Source: Eledone cirrhosa
Lineage: Eukaryota
NCBI GenBank assembly: GCA_964016885.1
Contig: OZ024740.1
Span: 363,940,001-364,004,000 of the forward strand
DNA: 64,000 bases
Reading direction: 5' to 3'
Shown: positions 26,448-38,600 of the stretch, piece by piece
Layout of the letters: every line of letters begins with the position of its first letter
How positions within the stretch are numbered: the first letter of the stretch is position 1
Notes under the pieces: generated by a model
Told to the model about the DNA's origin: nothing
The model's database searches: none
The model's input: only the letters and a program-made list of their open reading frames with translations
Position numbers and translations under genes: made by a program

Positions 26448-26454
<7 letters not shown>
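23279..26454. repeat. Long inverted repeat, arms about 1.5 kb, loop about 115 bp, in intron 9, between (TA)n tracts; probable Penelope-like or retrozyme origin
   Basis: 23279-24672 mirrors 25009-26454, and 24776-24836 mirrors 24952-25012; identical 109-aa ORFs on opposite strands. Confidence 0.95.
26344..26401 (+). ncRNA. Minimal type I hammerhead motif, family D (the mirror copy at 23330-23387 on - has GAAA>GACA)
   Basis: ATAC CTGATGA [..ccggattc atatg gaacccag..] GAAA tgatca TA / GTAT; palindromic stem III ATGATCAT; base of stem II is poorly paired. Confidence 0.58.
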
Positions 26455-26526
<72 letters not shown>

Positions 26527-26682
26527 AACAAGAAATCGTTAAAGGTAATCCGATTAGAGGTTGTGAAAACTTCTTATCATGGATAGTTTAAGCATACGGC
26601 GTTGTATGACTCAACAAGAGGTTTACGTGGATGACGAGTTTATGACTTCACTTGTATTCCTATGTAAGTATATCTTGGAGTA

Positions 26683-26867
26683 ATATAATTGAAAAAGTGA
26701 AGAATAACATGGTCAACAGTACAAACAAGGAAATTTATTTACAGTCTAACAATTGTTTCTATGATAGAGTTTTTAGACAACTCTATCATGGAAACAATTG
26801 TTAGACTGTAAATAAATTTCCATGTTTGTACTGTTGACCATGTTATTCTTCACTTTTTCAATTATAT
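26683..26867. repeat. Near-perfect inverted repeat, 89-bp arms, 7-bp spacer
   Basis: 26683-26771 mirrors 26779-26867; arms contain GAAACAATTGTT. Confidence 0.92.
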
Positions 26868-27315
26868 ATATATATAAAGTTTTCAGGAAGACCAAATGTC
26901 AGAGTAACACTCAATGCATAAGTTGCAGAGTTATTATGGATGTAAGAAATAGTCCCATCAGAGGGCTTTCACTCACTATTACACACACACAATATATATA
27001 TATATATATAAAGTCTGAGAAGACCACAAACCAACATAGTTTCAATGCTTGTTGAGTTGCAGAGTAGGTATGGATATAAGGTATACTCTTAACAAAGAGC
27101 CTGTCCATTTCAACTACGTGTGTGTGAGTATGTGTGTATGTGTTTAGCTATGTAACAAAATAAGATCGAAAAAATATGTACCAGACTTGAAAAAAGTATG
27201 CACTGGTTTCGCTGCAATCAACTAAATCCATTTAAAGCAGTGGCCCAGCCTGACCACAGACTAATGACTTGAAAACAATAAAATAATAAAAGAACATACA
27301 TTTTGTTTTCTGCAG

Positions 27316-27409
27316 GTTGTGCTTGAAGGAAGAAGTGGTAGAAACTATCATGGAGACATTTCAATTGACGATATATCTTTCTCATATAAGCAGTGTCCAA
27401 GCTCAAGTG
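27316..27409 (+). CDS. Exon 10, MAM3 C-part (VVLEGRSGRNYHGDISIDDISFSYKQCPSS)
   Basis: ctgcag acceptor, gtaaga donor. Confidence 0.9.
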
Positions 27410-27639
27410 GTAAGACAGCTAATATACTGTTTATAACTTACTGTTAACAATTCAAACATTTTCTTCACTTATTTCTTCCTCCACACCATCATCACTGCTA
27501 CCATTTTTACATCCATTTTCCATGCTGGCATGGGTTGGACAGGCAGTCTCAGTTTGAGACTAAACAGATCAGATGACCATGTCTTGATGATAAATTTCAT
27601 TTTGGCTTGGTTTCTATGGTTGGATACCTTTCCTAATCC

Positions 27640-28000
27640 AATCACATTACAGTGATGGTTAGGAGCATCTTATCATGATGCAAGCACTACCACTTTACAC
27701 AGTGGAGTAGGTGCATTTTTCATGACACAAACACTACCACATTACACAGTGAGTTTGGTGCATTTTATTGTAACATCAGCATTACTACTTTACAGAGTCA
27801 GTGCATTTTATCATGACACCAGCACTTTCACTATATAGAGTGTATTGGGTGCATTTTATTGTGGCACCAGCATTACTGCTTTGTAGTATGTACTGAGTGC
27901 ATTTTATCTCTACACATGCCCTACCACTTTACAGTGAGTTGTGTGCATTTTATTATGACACCAGCTCTACAGCTTCAGAGAGTATACTAAATGCATTCTA
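27640..28000. repeat. Degenerate tandem array, unit about 38-40 bp, related to the RTE 3' UTR unit
   Basis: Repeated gtgcattttatcatgacaccagcactaccactttacagtg. Confidence 0.7.
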
Positions 28001-28230
28001 TTAGGACACGACAACACTCAGATGTGTGTCCTCAGGCAGGCTGAGAGAGACAGTGAGGGGGAGAAAATAATAGTGTGGTGTTGATGATAATGATGGTTAT
28101 AATAATAGTGTTAAAGAAGGTGATGGTTACAGTCTTAAAATTGATGATAGTAGTGGTGATGACAATGGTAATAGTTATGGGGTTGAAGATAGTTTTCAAA
28201 TTAATTTTAATTCTTTTCCTCTTTTAACAG

Positions 28231-28374
28231 ACTTTTTCTGTGGCTTTGAATCCCCATCTATTTGTGGATTTGTCCAATCCAAATATGATAAATTTGATTG
28301 GAAAAGGAACCAAGGTCGATCCCATACAAGAAATAGTGGTCCTACTAGTGATCATACTTTTGGAACTGAGCAAG
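28231..28374 (+). CDS. Exon 11, MAM4 N-part (FFCGFESPSICGF...SGPTSDHTFGTEQ)
   Basis: ttaacag acceptor, gtaata donor. Confidence 0.9.
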
Positions 28375-28498
28375 GTAATAGCAAATTATATCTATTACAT
28401 ACAGCAATGGCTGACTGAATATGCATGCATGTTATTTTTCCCTTTTTTCCTTCCTTTCTCTCTCTTTATCTTTCTATTTTATCTTTTATTTCTAATTC

Positions 28499-28537
28499 TA
28501 TCTTCTGATGAAGCATTAATGTCTGAAACGTTTAGAT
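28499..28537 (+). ncRNA. Decayed minimal hammerhead motif; a more decayed relative lies at 7037-7076 on -
   Basis: tatctt CTGATGA agcattaatgtct GAAACGTTTA gat; core intact, stems imperfect. Confidence 0.4.
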
Positions 28538-29119
28538 TCTTCAGCTATTTCAAATTATTTCAATGTACTGTGTTGTTTGCTTTGTTATTTTTGTTTACTT
28601 TTTACATACATTATATATATGCACTATTGTCAATAAAATGTTTCTCCTTATGTAAAAAAGGACGACTGTATGATGCCTGTGTGCAAAGAGCAATGCTGCA
28701 TGGGCAGTGACTGCAGAGGAGATACTCAGATTGGAGAGAAATGAAGCAACCATGCTTCATTGAATGTGCAATGTAAATGTGAGAGAAAGGCAGAACTGAG
28801 TGGGGAAACTGGGTTTAAAAGGAATCTAGGAGGCTCTGTGAAAAAAGGCTTCATACTTGTCATGGGGTTCTTTTTAAAGCACCTTTTTGCAGGATAAAAT
28901 AAGTACCAGACTGAAATAAATATCGGAATCAATATGATTGGCTAAAACTCTTCAAGGAAGCGAGTGCTTCAGAATGGCTACAGTTCAATTGTTGAAACCA
29001 AACAAATAACTTCTTTAATATTTTTGAAGACTGACTATTAATAATGGCCAGATTCTCAACCCAAGCAAATACTGAAAACATAAGCAGTCATGGAGAACAG
29101 CACTACAAAAGAAATAGTG

Positions 29120-29372
29120 TCTACATATAATAATTTAGTCATACATATTATTAACAAATGATGTAGAATCTACATATAATAATTTAACCATACGTATTAT
29201 TAACAAATGATGTATAATCTACATATAATAATTACCTATGTGTTATTATTTGCAGTACAGTCTATATATAATTACCCATATATTTTATTTACTGTCATTA
29301 TTGTAGAACTTATGAATATTAATTAGCAATGTATTTATTTCTAGCCGCACTACAAATGATGTAGAATCTACA
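29120..29372. repeat. Tandem repeat, unit about 49 bp, degenerate
   Basis: acaaatgatgtagaatctacatataataatt recurs. Confidence 0.65.
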
Positions 29373-30120
29373 CAGGCCTAACCTATGCAAATATGGAAAA
29401 TAGATTTAAAACAGTAATGACATCGATGATGATGATGATGATATAGTAATTAGCAATCTGATATTATTTGCAATAAATGTGGAAGTGGGAGATTGTGAAA
29501 TTAAAATGGAAAATGAGGGACAGAGGAATGATGCAGTGTTTATCATAGTGCTCAGAGAGACAAGTATGGTTAGAGTGAGTTGAAAGTAAGAGAATTAAAA
29601 TCAGAGCAGATTGGAGTAAGAGATATTACAATGGTTGATGTAGCAAGTATCATTTATTTAAATGAAAAGTGCATACAACCTAATCAGTAGAAATAAAAAT
29701 AGAAATGTTCCTTTCATGAGCAGCAGAAAACGATTTCCCATAATACCTGCATTTTCTATGACTATCAAGTCACAAGGACAGTTATTCAATTAAGTTGACA
29801 CTTACTTACCTTCACCTGTGTTTAGTCATGGACAAATTTATGTTGCTTTAACTCTTAACATCTTATAATGATTTAACAGAAAATATTTAAAAACAGGTTT
29901 GTTAATTCAAATGTTTAAAAGTAAAACTTTAATGTGTAATGTGAGGCACTCATAGTGCTGTTTTTACCTTTTTAAGAATATCTTGCTAATGTGGTTTCAT
30001 GTGAAACAGGATGTTAAGAGTTAAGCAGGATGAAAAGTAAGAACAATACTATAGTGTATGATATTTATAGTATACTACATGGATTTTCCAGATGTACCTT
30101 TTTTTCTTTTTACTTGTTAG

Positions 30121-30462
30121 GGCATTACATGTACATTGTATCAACTGGCCATTCTACTGGGGACAATGCTGTGTTGAAATCTCCAAATTATAAATCAACT
30201 GGTGGAAAATGTGCTAATTTCTGGTTCCATATGCATGGCAGACAAATTGGTAGCCTGAATGTTTATTTAAAAACGGCTGTCAGTAATCAATTGCTCTGGA
30301 CACGATATCATATGCAAGGAAACTTTTGGTCCTTGGCCCAGGTCAAAATTAATGTCATTGGAACATTCCACTTGGAGTTTGAAGCCATTACTGAGTCAGG
30401 AAGTCAAGGTAACATTGCCATCGATGATTTCAGTTTAACTGAAGGCCAATGTCCTAAATCCG
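30121..30462 (+). CDS. Exon 12, MAM4 middle and C-part in one exon (GHYMYIV...GNIAIDDFSLTEGQCPKS)
   Basis: ttgttag acceptor, gtaagt donor; ORF 30030..30488. Confidence 0.93.
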
Positions 30463-31602
30463 GTAAGTCACATCAACATCATTTTTAAAGGATAAATAAA
30501 TAGCTATATTTTGTCAGTAGCTATTTATTTATCCTTTTAATACCAACCTCCCCAAAATTGGTTCTGGTCCTGGTTCTATAAAACAAAGCGTATTAGGAAT
30601 GTTAAAGTGTTTCTATCAAAATTAAAAGCTTCCAACATTATTTTATATATGAACCTTTTGTTAAGTTCTCTTCCAAATAGTATTTTAATGAAATAATTAA
30701 TGATTTTAGTAAATCTTTCCTCCAAATTCTTCAATAATGAACTGAAGTGCTCTGTATTTCATTAGAAATATAATAACAATTGAGTTGATAGTTTCATATA
30801 ATTATGTCAAATTATTGTTCTTTTCCCTCTCCTAATATCATTGTTCTCAATATGTTTAGGGTAACACTAAGAAAAGTATTCTGATAACAATAAAATTTCT
30901 TCATTTACCTTTTTATTACCATATTTTTAATAGAAGACACTGCCAATGATTTTCAATTAATTTTGAAAATGATCAAGAATTTGGAGAGCTTTAGTAATAT
31001 AACTGACTCATAATAAAGCTGCTTTTGGGAACATAATTTAATAAAAATTCTTACATAAAATTATGATGGAAGGTTTTTAGATAAATATAATCACTCTAAA
31101 ACAGTTTTGTATTGTAAAATCAGGCGTAATTTCAGGCAGACAAATTCATTACCAAGCTTCAAATTATATTGCCTTTCTTTCAATGAATTCTGTTAATTGT
31201 GAACTTAAAATATTCAGTCATTGATACCTAAATATCTCCTATGTTATTTTACTTTCTTATCATGATTATGACAACTGTAAGTGTGTGTGTTGGACCTCCA
31301 TCAGTTCCAGCAATGAGTGTTCCACTTGTTCAAACAACAGTTCAGCCTGCGCATGAAATTGTATGTGCATGTGGCTGGTCATTCCACACACATGTACCCA
31401 TAACAAAATTCTCAGAGAGATTCAGCATGATACAGTATGTAACCTGGCTGGTATTTTGAATCACAGGTGGAACTCATTTTTGCCAGCTGAGTGGACTGGA
31501 GTAATGTGAAATAAAGTGTTTTTCTGAAGGAAACAATGAGCTGCCAGAAATCAAATTCATGATCTTACAATCAGGAGCTAAACTCCCTAAACACCAAGAC
31601 AT

Positions 31603-31662
31603 GTAGAATGGACTCACCCCGCCTTAAGACACACTGAGGAAATTAAATTAACATATTCTCTC

Positions 31663-31714
<52 letters not shown>

Positions 31715-32705
31715 TCTCTCTCTCTCTCTCTCTGTATGTATAGCCTTTGAGTTATGCTTTTTCATTGGATATGTAATGAATACTTAAGTCAACACTCTGT
31801 AGTGGTAATATGAGGTTACTCATCATCTTGGCATGCTAGTTGCATGAATTGCTATTATTCTCCATCTCCATATGATTCTGTCATCCATTGCTTGTGGCAG
31901 GTCCTCTAGATTGCAAAATGAACTCAGCATCCTCATATAGTTGTTTGATGTAGGTTCTTTGAGGTCTGTCCATGTTGGGATATCCATGCCTCGGTGTCCA
32001 CAGCAACACATTGCTGAAAATTTCATTCTTTGCCCTCCAACTGTGTCCAGCAAATTTGATTCATTTCTAATGATTGCAACACATACATTCAGTCTTGTCC
32101 ACATTTACACAATCCTATGCTTCTGGTTTCCCTCTCCAAATTATGTAGCAGGGATTCAGATTCATGTACTACATCCTTTATATGTCCAAAGGCAAGGTGA
32201 GTTCATCCTGTCACTTGGCACATCAAATTTTGGATCCATCCCTTGATTTAATTAAAAACATTCTAGAAGCTTTTGGTTACATGAGAGCAGATTATATAAA
32301 TAGATGAAAACCATAAGCTAATTGAGAAATCTTCATATTTTTCTTGAATCCATGATCTTGTGTGTTGAAAAGAATCCATTTACACTAGAAATTGTTGGTG
32401 GGAAGAACTTGCAAAAATAAAAATCCAAAGAGCATGAATTCAGGATAAATATACAGATTTTTCAACTATTTTATGGCTTTCCTGTAGCTTTATAACCTGC
32501 TCTCATGTGACTGGAAGCTTCTAGAATGTTCAAAATTAATTTCAGGGTTGGATCCCAAATTTGATGTGCCAAGTGACAGGTAATGTATCCAATGAAATGG
32601 TGTAACTCAAGGGCAACATGCATACGTTCACAGAGTGAGAGTGTTCAATGCACTAGGCAATTTCATTTCATTAGTGTGTCCTAAGGTGGGGTGATTCCAT
32701 TCTAT
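31603..32705. mobile_element. Long-TIR foldback DNA element with a LINE 3' fragment (about 31820-32100, -) inserted in its left arm
   Basis: 31603-31775 mirrors 32581-32705, and 32207-32275 mirrors 32513-32580. Confidence 0.7.
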
Positions 32706-33216
32706 ACAATTAACACAATATGATTTACTTTTCATGTCAACCTTTAAATAATTCTATTATTGAAGTCTGATTAATTGGTAAAATCAATAAAAAAAAAAAT
32801 TGTAAAAATAAAAATAAAGAGAAATTGTGTATAAATAATTGTTTCTACTTTTGGCACAAGGCCATCAATTACCCAGTACATTACTGGTACTTTATTTTAT
32901 CGACCCCGTAAGGATGAAAGGCAAAGTTAACCTCGGCGGGATTTGAACTCAGACCGCAAAGGGATGTAACTATGCTGGAAAGCATGGCATCCGACTCTCT
33001 ACCGATACTGCCAATCCAATAAGAGAGAAATACTTAGACTTTGCTTGATAAAATAAACTCTGACATGAATAGTTTCAATGAGTTTCTGACAGCTAGTACT
33101 GAAAGCAAAAGGAAAAGAGAAAATAATCTTCCTTCATTTTTTTTTCTCTTTGCAAGAGTATTAAAATGACAATGCAAATAATAATATTATGTTCTTAAAT
33201 TGTTATTTTACTTTAG

Positions 33217-33342
33217 GTAATATTGATTTTGAGAAAGGACTTACAACATGGATGAACTCTGTTAATGATGAGTTTGACTGGCAAATTGGCAGTAGCATAA
33301 TGTATGGGCCACGTTTTGATCATACTTTGAAAACATCATATG
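33217..33342 (+). CDS. Exon 13, MAM5 N-part (GNIDFEKGLTTW...GPRFDHTLKTSY)
   Basis: ctttag acceptor, gtaaga donor. Confidence 0.88.
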
Positions 33343-33377
33343 GTAAGACATTAAAATACATTTGTGACATAAATACC

Positions 33378-33790
33378 TTCTTCTTCTTCTTCTTCTTCTT
33401 CTTCTTCTTCTTCTTCTTTCTCCCTTCTGTATATCTGCTACTGGCGCCATGATGAAGTTCCTTCTCCAGTTTACTCTGTCTAGCATTGCCATCTGAATTT
33501 CCCCTGCCTCCAGCCCAGTGTCATCTTCCAAAACATCCTTCAGCATGGTGGTTGGTCTCCCAACTCGTCTGCACACATCAGATTTCCAGAAAAGAACTCT
33601 GTCAGCAGATTCATTGTGATGTTTCATATGTCCAGCTAATGCAAGCCTCCTACACATTATGATGTCAGAAAAGAGGTGTGAACCATAGAGCGATTTCTTT
33701 GCTACATGTGTTCTCCAGGGTATGTTCTGGACCTGTCTCAGCATCTTGGCAGTTTTATGAATGCAGATCATGTGAACAAAAACACTCACA
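33378..33790 (-). mobile_element. RTE-type LINE 3' fragment with (GAA)n tail
   Basis: RRLALAGHM..RRVGRPTT..AMLDRVNWR; (TTC)n on the plus strand. Confidence 0.75.
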
Positions 33791-35639
33791 AAGAGGGCAT
33801 AAATATATGATTTATTTTTATGCCTTAACTCTTGACATACTGCAATGATTTCACAGAAAATATTTAAAAACTGGTCTGTGAATTCAAATGTTTATTGTGT
33901 CATTACAGTTCGGTGTGAAAATCCACAATATTAACAACTGAAATAATTAATGTCATGCTGCATATATCAATAATTCTTCACTTGTAATTATTTAATAAAA
34001 AATGTCTAAAGATGGGTTTATCAATTCAAATTTTTGAAGTGTCTTTACTAGAGTACTGATCATTGTGAAAATTCACAATATTTGGGTAAAGACTGTTATG
34101 CACTTTTCAAGAATGTCTTCTCAATGTGGTTTCATGTGATGCAGAGTGTTAAATTTTTTTAATTTCAAAGCAAAATAATTTATTGATTCAAAATCATATA
34201 TGAAAGTGTAGAGAGAGAGAAAATGAAAATCAAGAAGCAGGGGAGAAATGATGTGGGGGGTAAACTTTATACACTTGTCTGGGTGTTACATAAATGCCAT
34301 ACACTGAAGATCTCATTGGGAACCAACGCAAAAAGGAAAAAGTCAGCCAAAGCTCAGAGGCAGCTTTCTTTCTCTCATCTGTGTTATGGATGACAGTGCC
34401 CAGGTTTGTAGCTGAAAGCGTTGGAGAATGTGTTTCAATATGTAGCATCCCAGATAAGTGACTTACCTAAACTGGAATAAGAAACAGCGTTTTTCTGTTG
34501 GTAAGTTGATGACATCCCCCATTACACAGACACCATGGTGAAATAAAGGGAGAATGATAAAGATGAATGATTGTCGTGGAAGGATTGAATATGGATATAT
34601 TCAGTGCCACCACTCAGTACACAGATGGTTGGGCACAATAAATGGGAGAGAGGAGAAAGAAGAGCACTAGATGGAAATGTAGTAGGAATATAATGGGTGA
34701 GAAATCTAAAGATACATTATACATCCCAAACTCTATCACTACCACAGTTTTATCATCCTTGCCTGGGTGGGCAATCTTTTCCATATATATAAATATATAT
34801 ATATATATGTCTTATGGTAGCTAAGATGCGTCCATAGGCGGGATGCCGGTTGAGTACTATATGATTATTATAAAATGGAAAACGAAGAATCAGGTCTGCT
34901 TTGAAACCAACTTGCGAATCCAGAGTCAGGTGCGATCCACCAACAGATCGTACCTTGAGCTGTTCACCAGAAAAACAATTGTAATATGCAATAAATTGAG
35001 TTCCGATGCACCACTGATTCTTCGTTTTCTATTTTATATATATATATATATAAACTCAGATTACATTTATATATATATATATATGTTCTCTCACCCCCTC
35101 CCTCTCTCTCCGCAAATATAAGATAAATAGGTTCAGAGTTATGAATCAGAATTTCTCATATCTTGCTGTAGAACATTACTGCCGAATTGTCGTTTTGAGA
35201 AATGTAATGTATTCACTTCATTTTCTTGTTGTCTCTCCATCCTTCTTGGTCCATTTACTTATCAGTATTTATATTGTCCATTTAAGTTAAACGCTCGTTT
35301 AACTTTTCATAATTAAGGTCGAACCTGTAGGTCCTTTATATAAAAATAAGCTTCTCGTTAACTTTACCATTTCGCTCCCCCTGCCCCCACACACCACCAT
35401 TACTATTTGGTCTAATCACAATTCAGCGGTTTATAATATGTTTCTCTTACCAATCTCTTTCACGGCTATTACTCCTTAAGTTTAGACCTGGTTGCTTTCC
35501 GATATGTTAGATGGACTACAGAATTTGGAGAGTCTCTCTCAAGGATCTGAACACTCAATGACAATATCAAAGATAAAGATAAATTCACCTCCTGTTGCCG
35601 GACAAGAATGCAAGGACTCCTCTTTATTTTAGACACGGA

Positions 35640-38600
35640 TGGCTAACATAACCCCATCTCCCTCACCCCTCCCTGCGCCTCCAACCCATCCCTTCCACCC
35701 ACCCAACGAAATCCAAAACTTCAGAGTTGGTACCATGAATGTAGGCACTTTAAAAGGTTGCTCAAATTAGGTTGTAGAGATGCTTGAACGTAATGAAGTT
35801 GGAGTTCAAAAGACTAGGTAGAGGGGTGGGTCTGCTAGATTCATTGTGTGTAAAAAACGATGCTATAAACTTTTCTGGGTGGGAAATGACAATGGGCTGG
35901 GTGGGGTAGGAATTATGTTAGCAAAGAAATGGGTAGATAAGGTAATTGCCGTAAATAGAGTGAATGACAGAATAAATAAAATAAGACTAGTCCTAAATAG
36001 AACTACTGTGACAATAATATCTGCTTACGCACCCCAATCTGGACTACCTGGCATTATAAAAGACAGATTCTATGAGTCGCTAATGCTCACTACCTCCCAA
36101 ATAACTGACAGTGACTACATAATTATTGCTGGCAACCTAAATGGTCATGTTGGAAAACATTGTGATGGCTATGACGGAATCCATGGAGGCTATGGGTTTG
36201 GTACTAGAAATGAGGAAGGCTTCAGAATCCTGACATTCTGTGACGCTAATAACCTAACTATCTGTAACACAAACTCCAGACAACAACTTATCCCCTTCTT
36301 TAAGTATCACTTCAGAAGGAAGGTGAGAGTGGAGAGAGAGGTGCTACACCCCAATAAATTCGCTGAAAGGTGAATGGGCCTTCTCTGTATATAAACCTGT
36401 AGGTTGAGGAAGATAAACAGAGCGAAGACAGGAACACCTACAAAACGTGTTCCTGGTGTTGAGGGTTGTTCTATCCACAGGGTGTAAAACAACCCTGCAG
36501 TAACGTTTCCCCCCCCCCCCCTACTGGGGATTTCAATTGTTATTTTATTATATATAGTTTATTGTTATTTATTAATGTTAAAGTTATTTTTATGTAAAAC
36601 CCCCACCGTCACGTCTTGTAATGTCCCATTTTTGTATGCCCCTGTGGCAAATAAAGAAAGATATCTGTAACACAAACTACAAAAAACGAGACAATCACTT
36701 GATCACCTATAGATCAGGGGAACACACCAGTCAGATAGATTATATCCTAACCAGAAGACATGACAAAGCGTCTGTTGTAAACACTAAATCCCTCCCCAGT
36801 GAAGAATGCACCTCCCAACATAGCCTTATAGTTAGTGACCTCATAGTCAGGACTAGACATACTCGACAACAGAGGAGGACTACCCTGAGGAGAAGAATAT
36901 GAAAGTTAAAGGACCCCACAAATAGTAACAAATTTAAAAGCATATTACTTGATGCTTTTGACAGTAAGGAAGAGCAATTAGAGACATACAATATAGAGGA
37001 ACAGTGGGAATTCCTGAAAGTAAATCTGCTGAAGGCGACAGATGAAATCTGTGGCTGGAGCAGACCTATAGGCAGGAGGAGAGTAACTTGATGGTGGAAC
37101 AGTAAGGTGGAGGAGTCAATCAAGGCCAAAAAGCAGGCTTGGAAAGCATGGCGGGATGGGAGTAGTAGAGAACACTATCAAGTGGCCAGGAGAGAAGCTA
37201 GGAGACAAGTGTACCTTGCAAGAAGGGAAGCAGAGGAAAGAAAGTTCAAGCATGTTCTACAACACGAGGACCAAAAACGTGAGGTGTTCAGGATTGCAAG
37301 ACAATGTGTCAAGGAAAAGAGTGATATTGTCGGGGAGAAGTGTGTCCGTAATGATGATGGTGTACTTGCCATCACTGATGCTGATAAGAAGGTAGCTTGG
37401 AAGTGTAACTACGAGAGACTACTAAATGAGGAGAATAAATGGGAAAAAGATAGTCTGCCCCAAATCGATCCAATAGAGGGACCAGCGGTGCAAGTTAAAG
37501 GTAGTATAAGTAAGGCAATCAAAGATATGAAGACAGCTGGGCCTTCAGATATAGTTGCTGAAATGTTGAAAGCATTTGGAATGGTGGGACACACTATGGT
37601 CACCTGGATAGTAAACCAAGTCATACAGAATGGGATCATACCAAATGACTGGCGTAGCAGCATCATCATTAACTGCTACAAAGGAGGTCACAGAAAGAGT
37701 TATAGCACAACTAATCAGAGAGCGTATTAATCTAGATTAAATGCAGTTTGAGTTTGTGTCAGGTAAAAGCACCACAGATGCTCTTTTCCTTGTACGACAA
37801 CTACAGGAGAAATACCTAGCTAAAAGTAAACCCCTCTACTTAGCTTTTGTTGACTTGGAGAAGCCTTTGACAGAGTCCCCTGCTCCATTATCTGGTGGGC
37901 CCTTAGAAAACTACGTGTTGATGAATGGCTTGTGAGAGCTATACAAGCCATTTCTATAAAGAAACAGTCAGCAAGGTTAGAATTAACAACGAATTTAGTG
38001 AAGAATTTAGCGTAAAAGTTGGTGTTCATCAAAGCTCTGTCCTTAGCCCCCTCCTGTTTATTATTGCCCTTCAGGCTATAACAGAGGAGTTCAAGATTGG
38101 CTGCCCATGGGAACTTCTATACTCTGATGATCTAACTCTCATAGCTGAATCGATGGTTGAACTAGAGAAGAAATTCCAAACATGAAAGCATGGCCTAGAA
38201 TCAAAACGCCTTAAAGTTAACTTGTCTAAGACTAAAGTTCTAGTATGTAGAAAGGAAAATAGGGCACAGGTCCCCTATGGGAAATGGCCATGCTCAGTGT
38301 GTAGAAAAGGAGTAGGCAGAAATTCCATTTTATGTCCCAAATGCAAACTATGGGTACATAAAAGATGTAGTGGGATCACAGGTAAGCTATCTAAGAACGT
38401 AGACTTTATATGTGGCTGATGATCAGGTGCAATAAGTAGCAAGTGCCCACAGGATACTAGCTCCTTCTATTGCCCAGATGGTTCTATAGAAATAGTGGAC
38501 ACCTTCCGTTACCTGGGTGACAAGATCAGCAGTGGTGGGGGGTGCTCTGAAATTATAGTAGCCAGTCAGAATGGGATGGAAAAAGTTCAGAGAGCTTATA

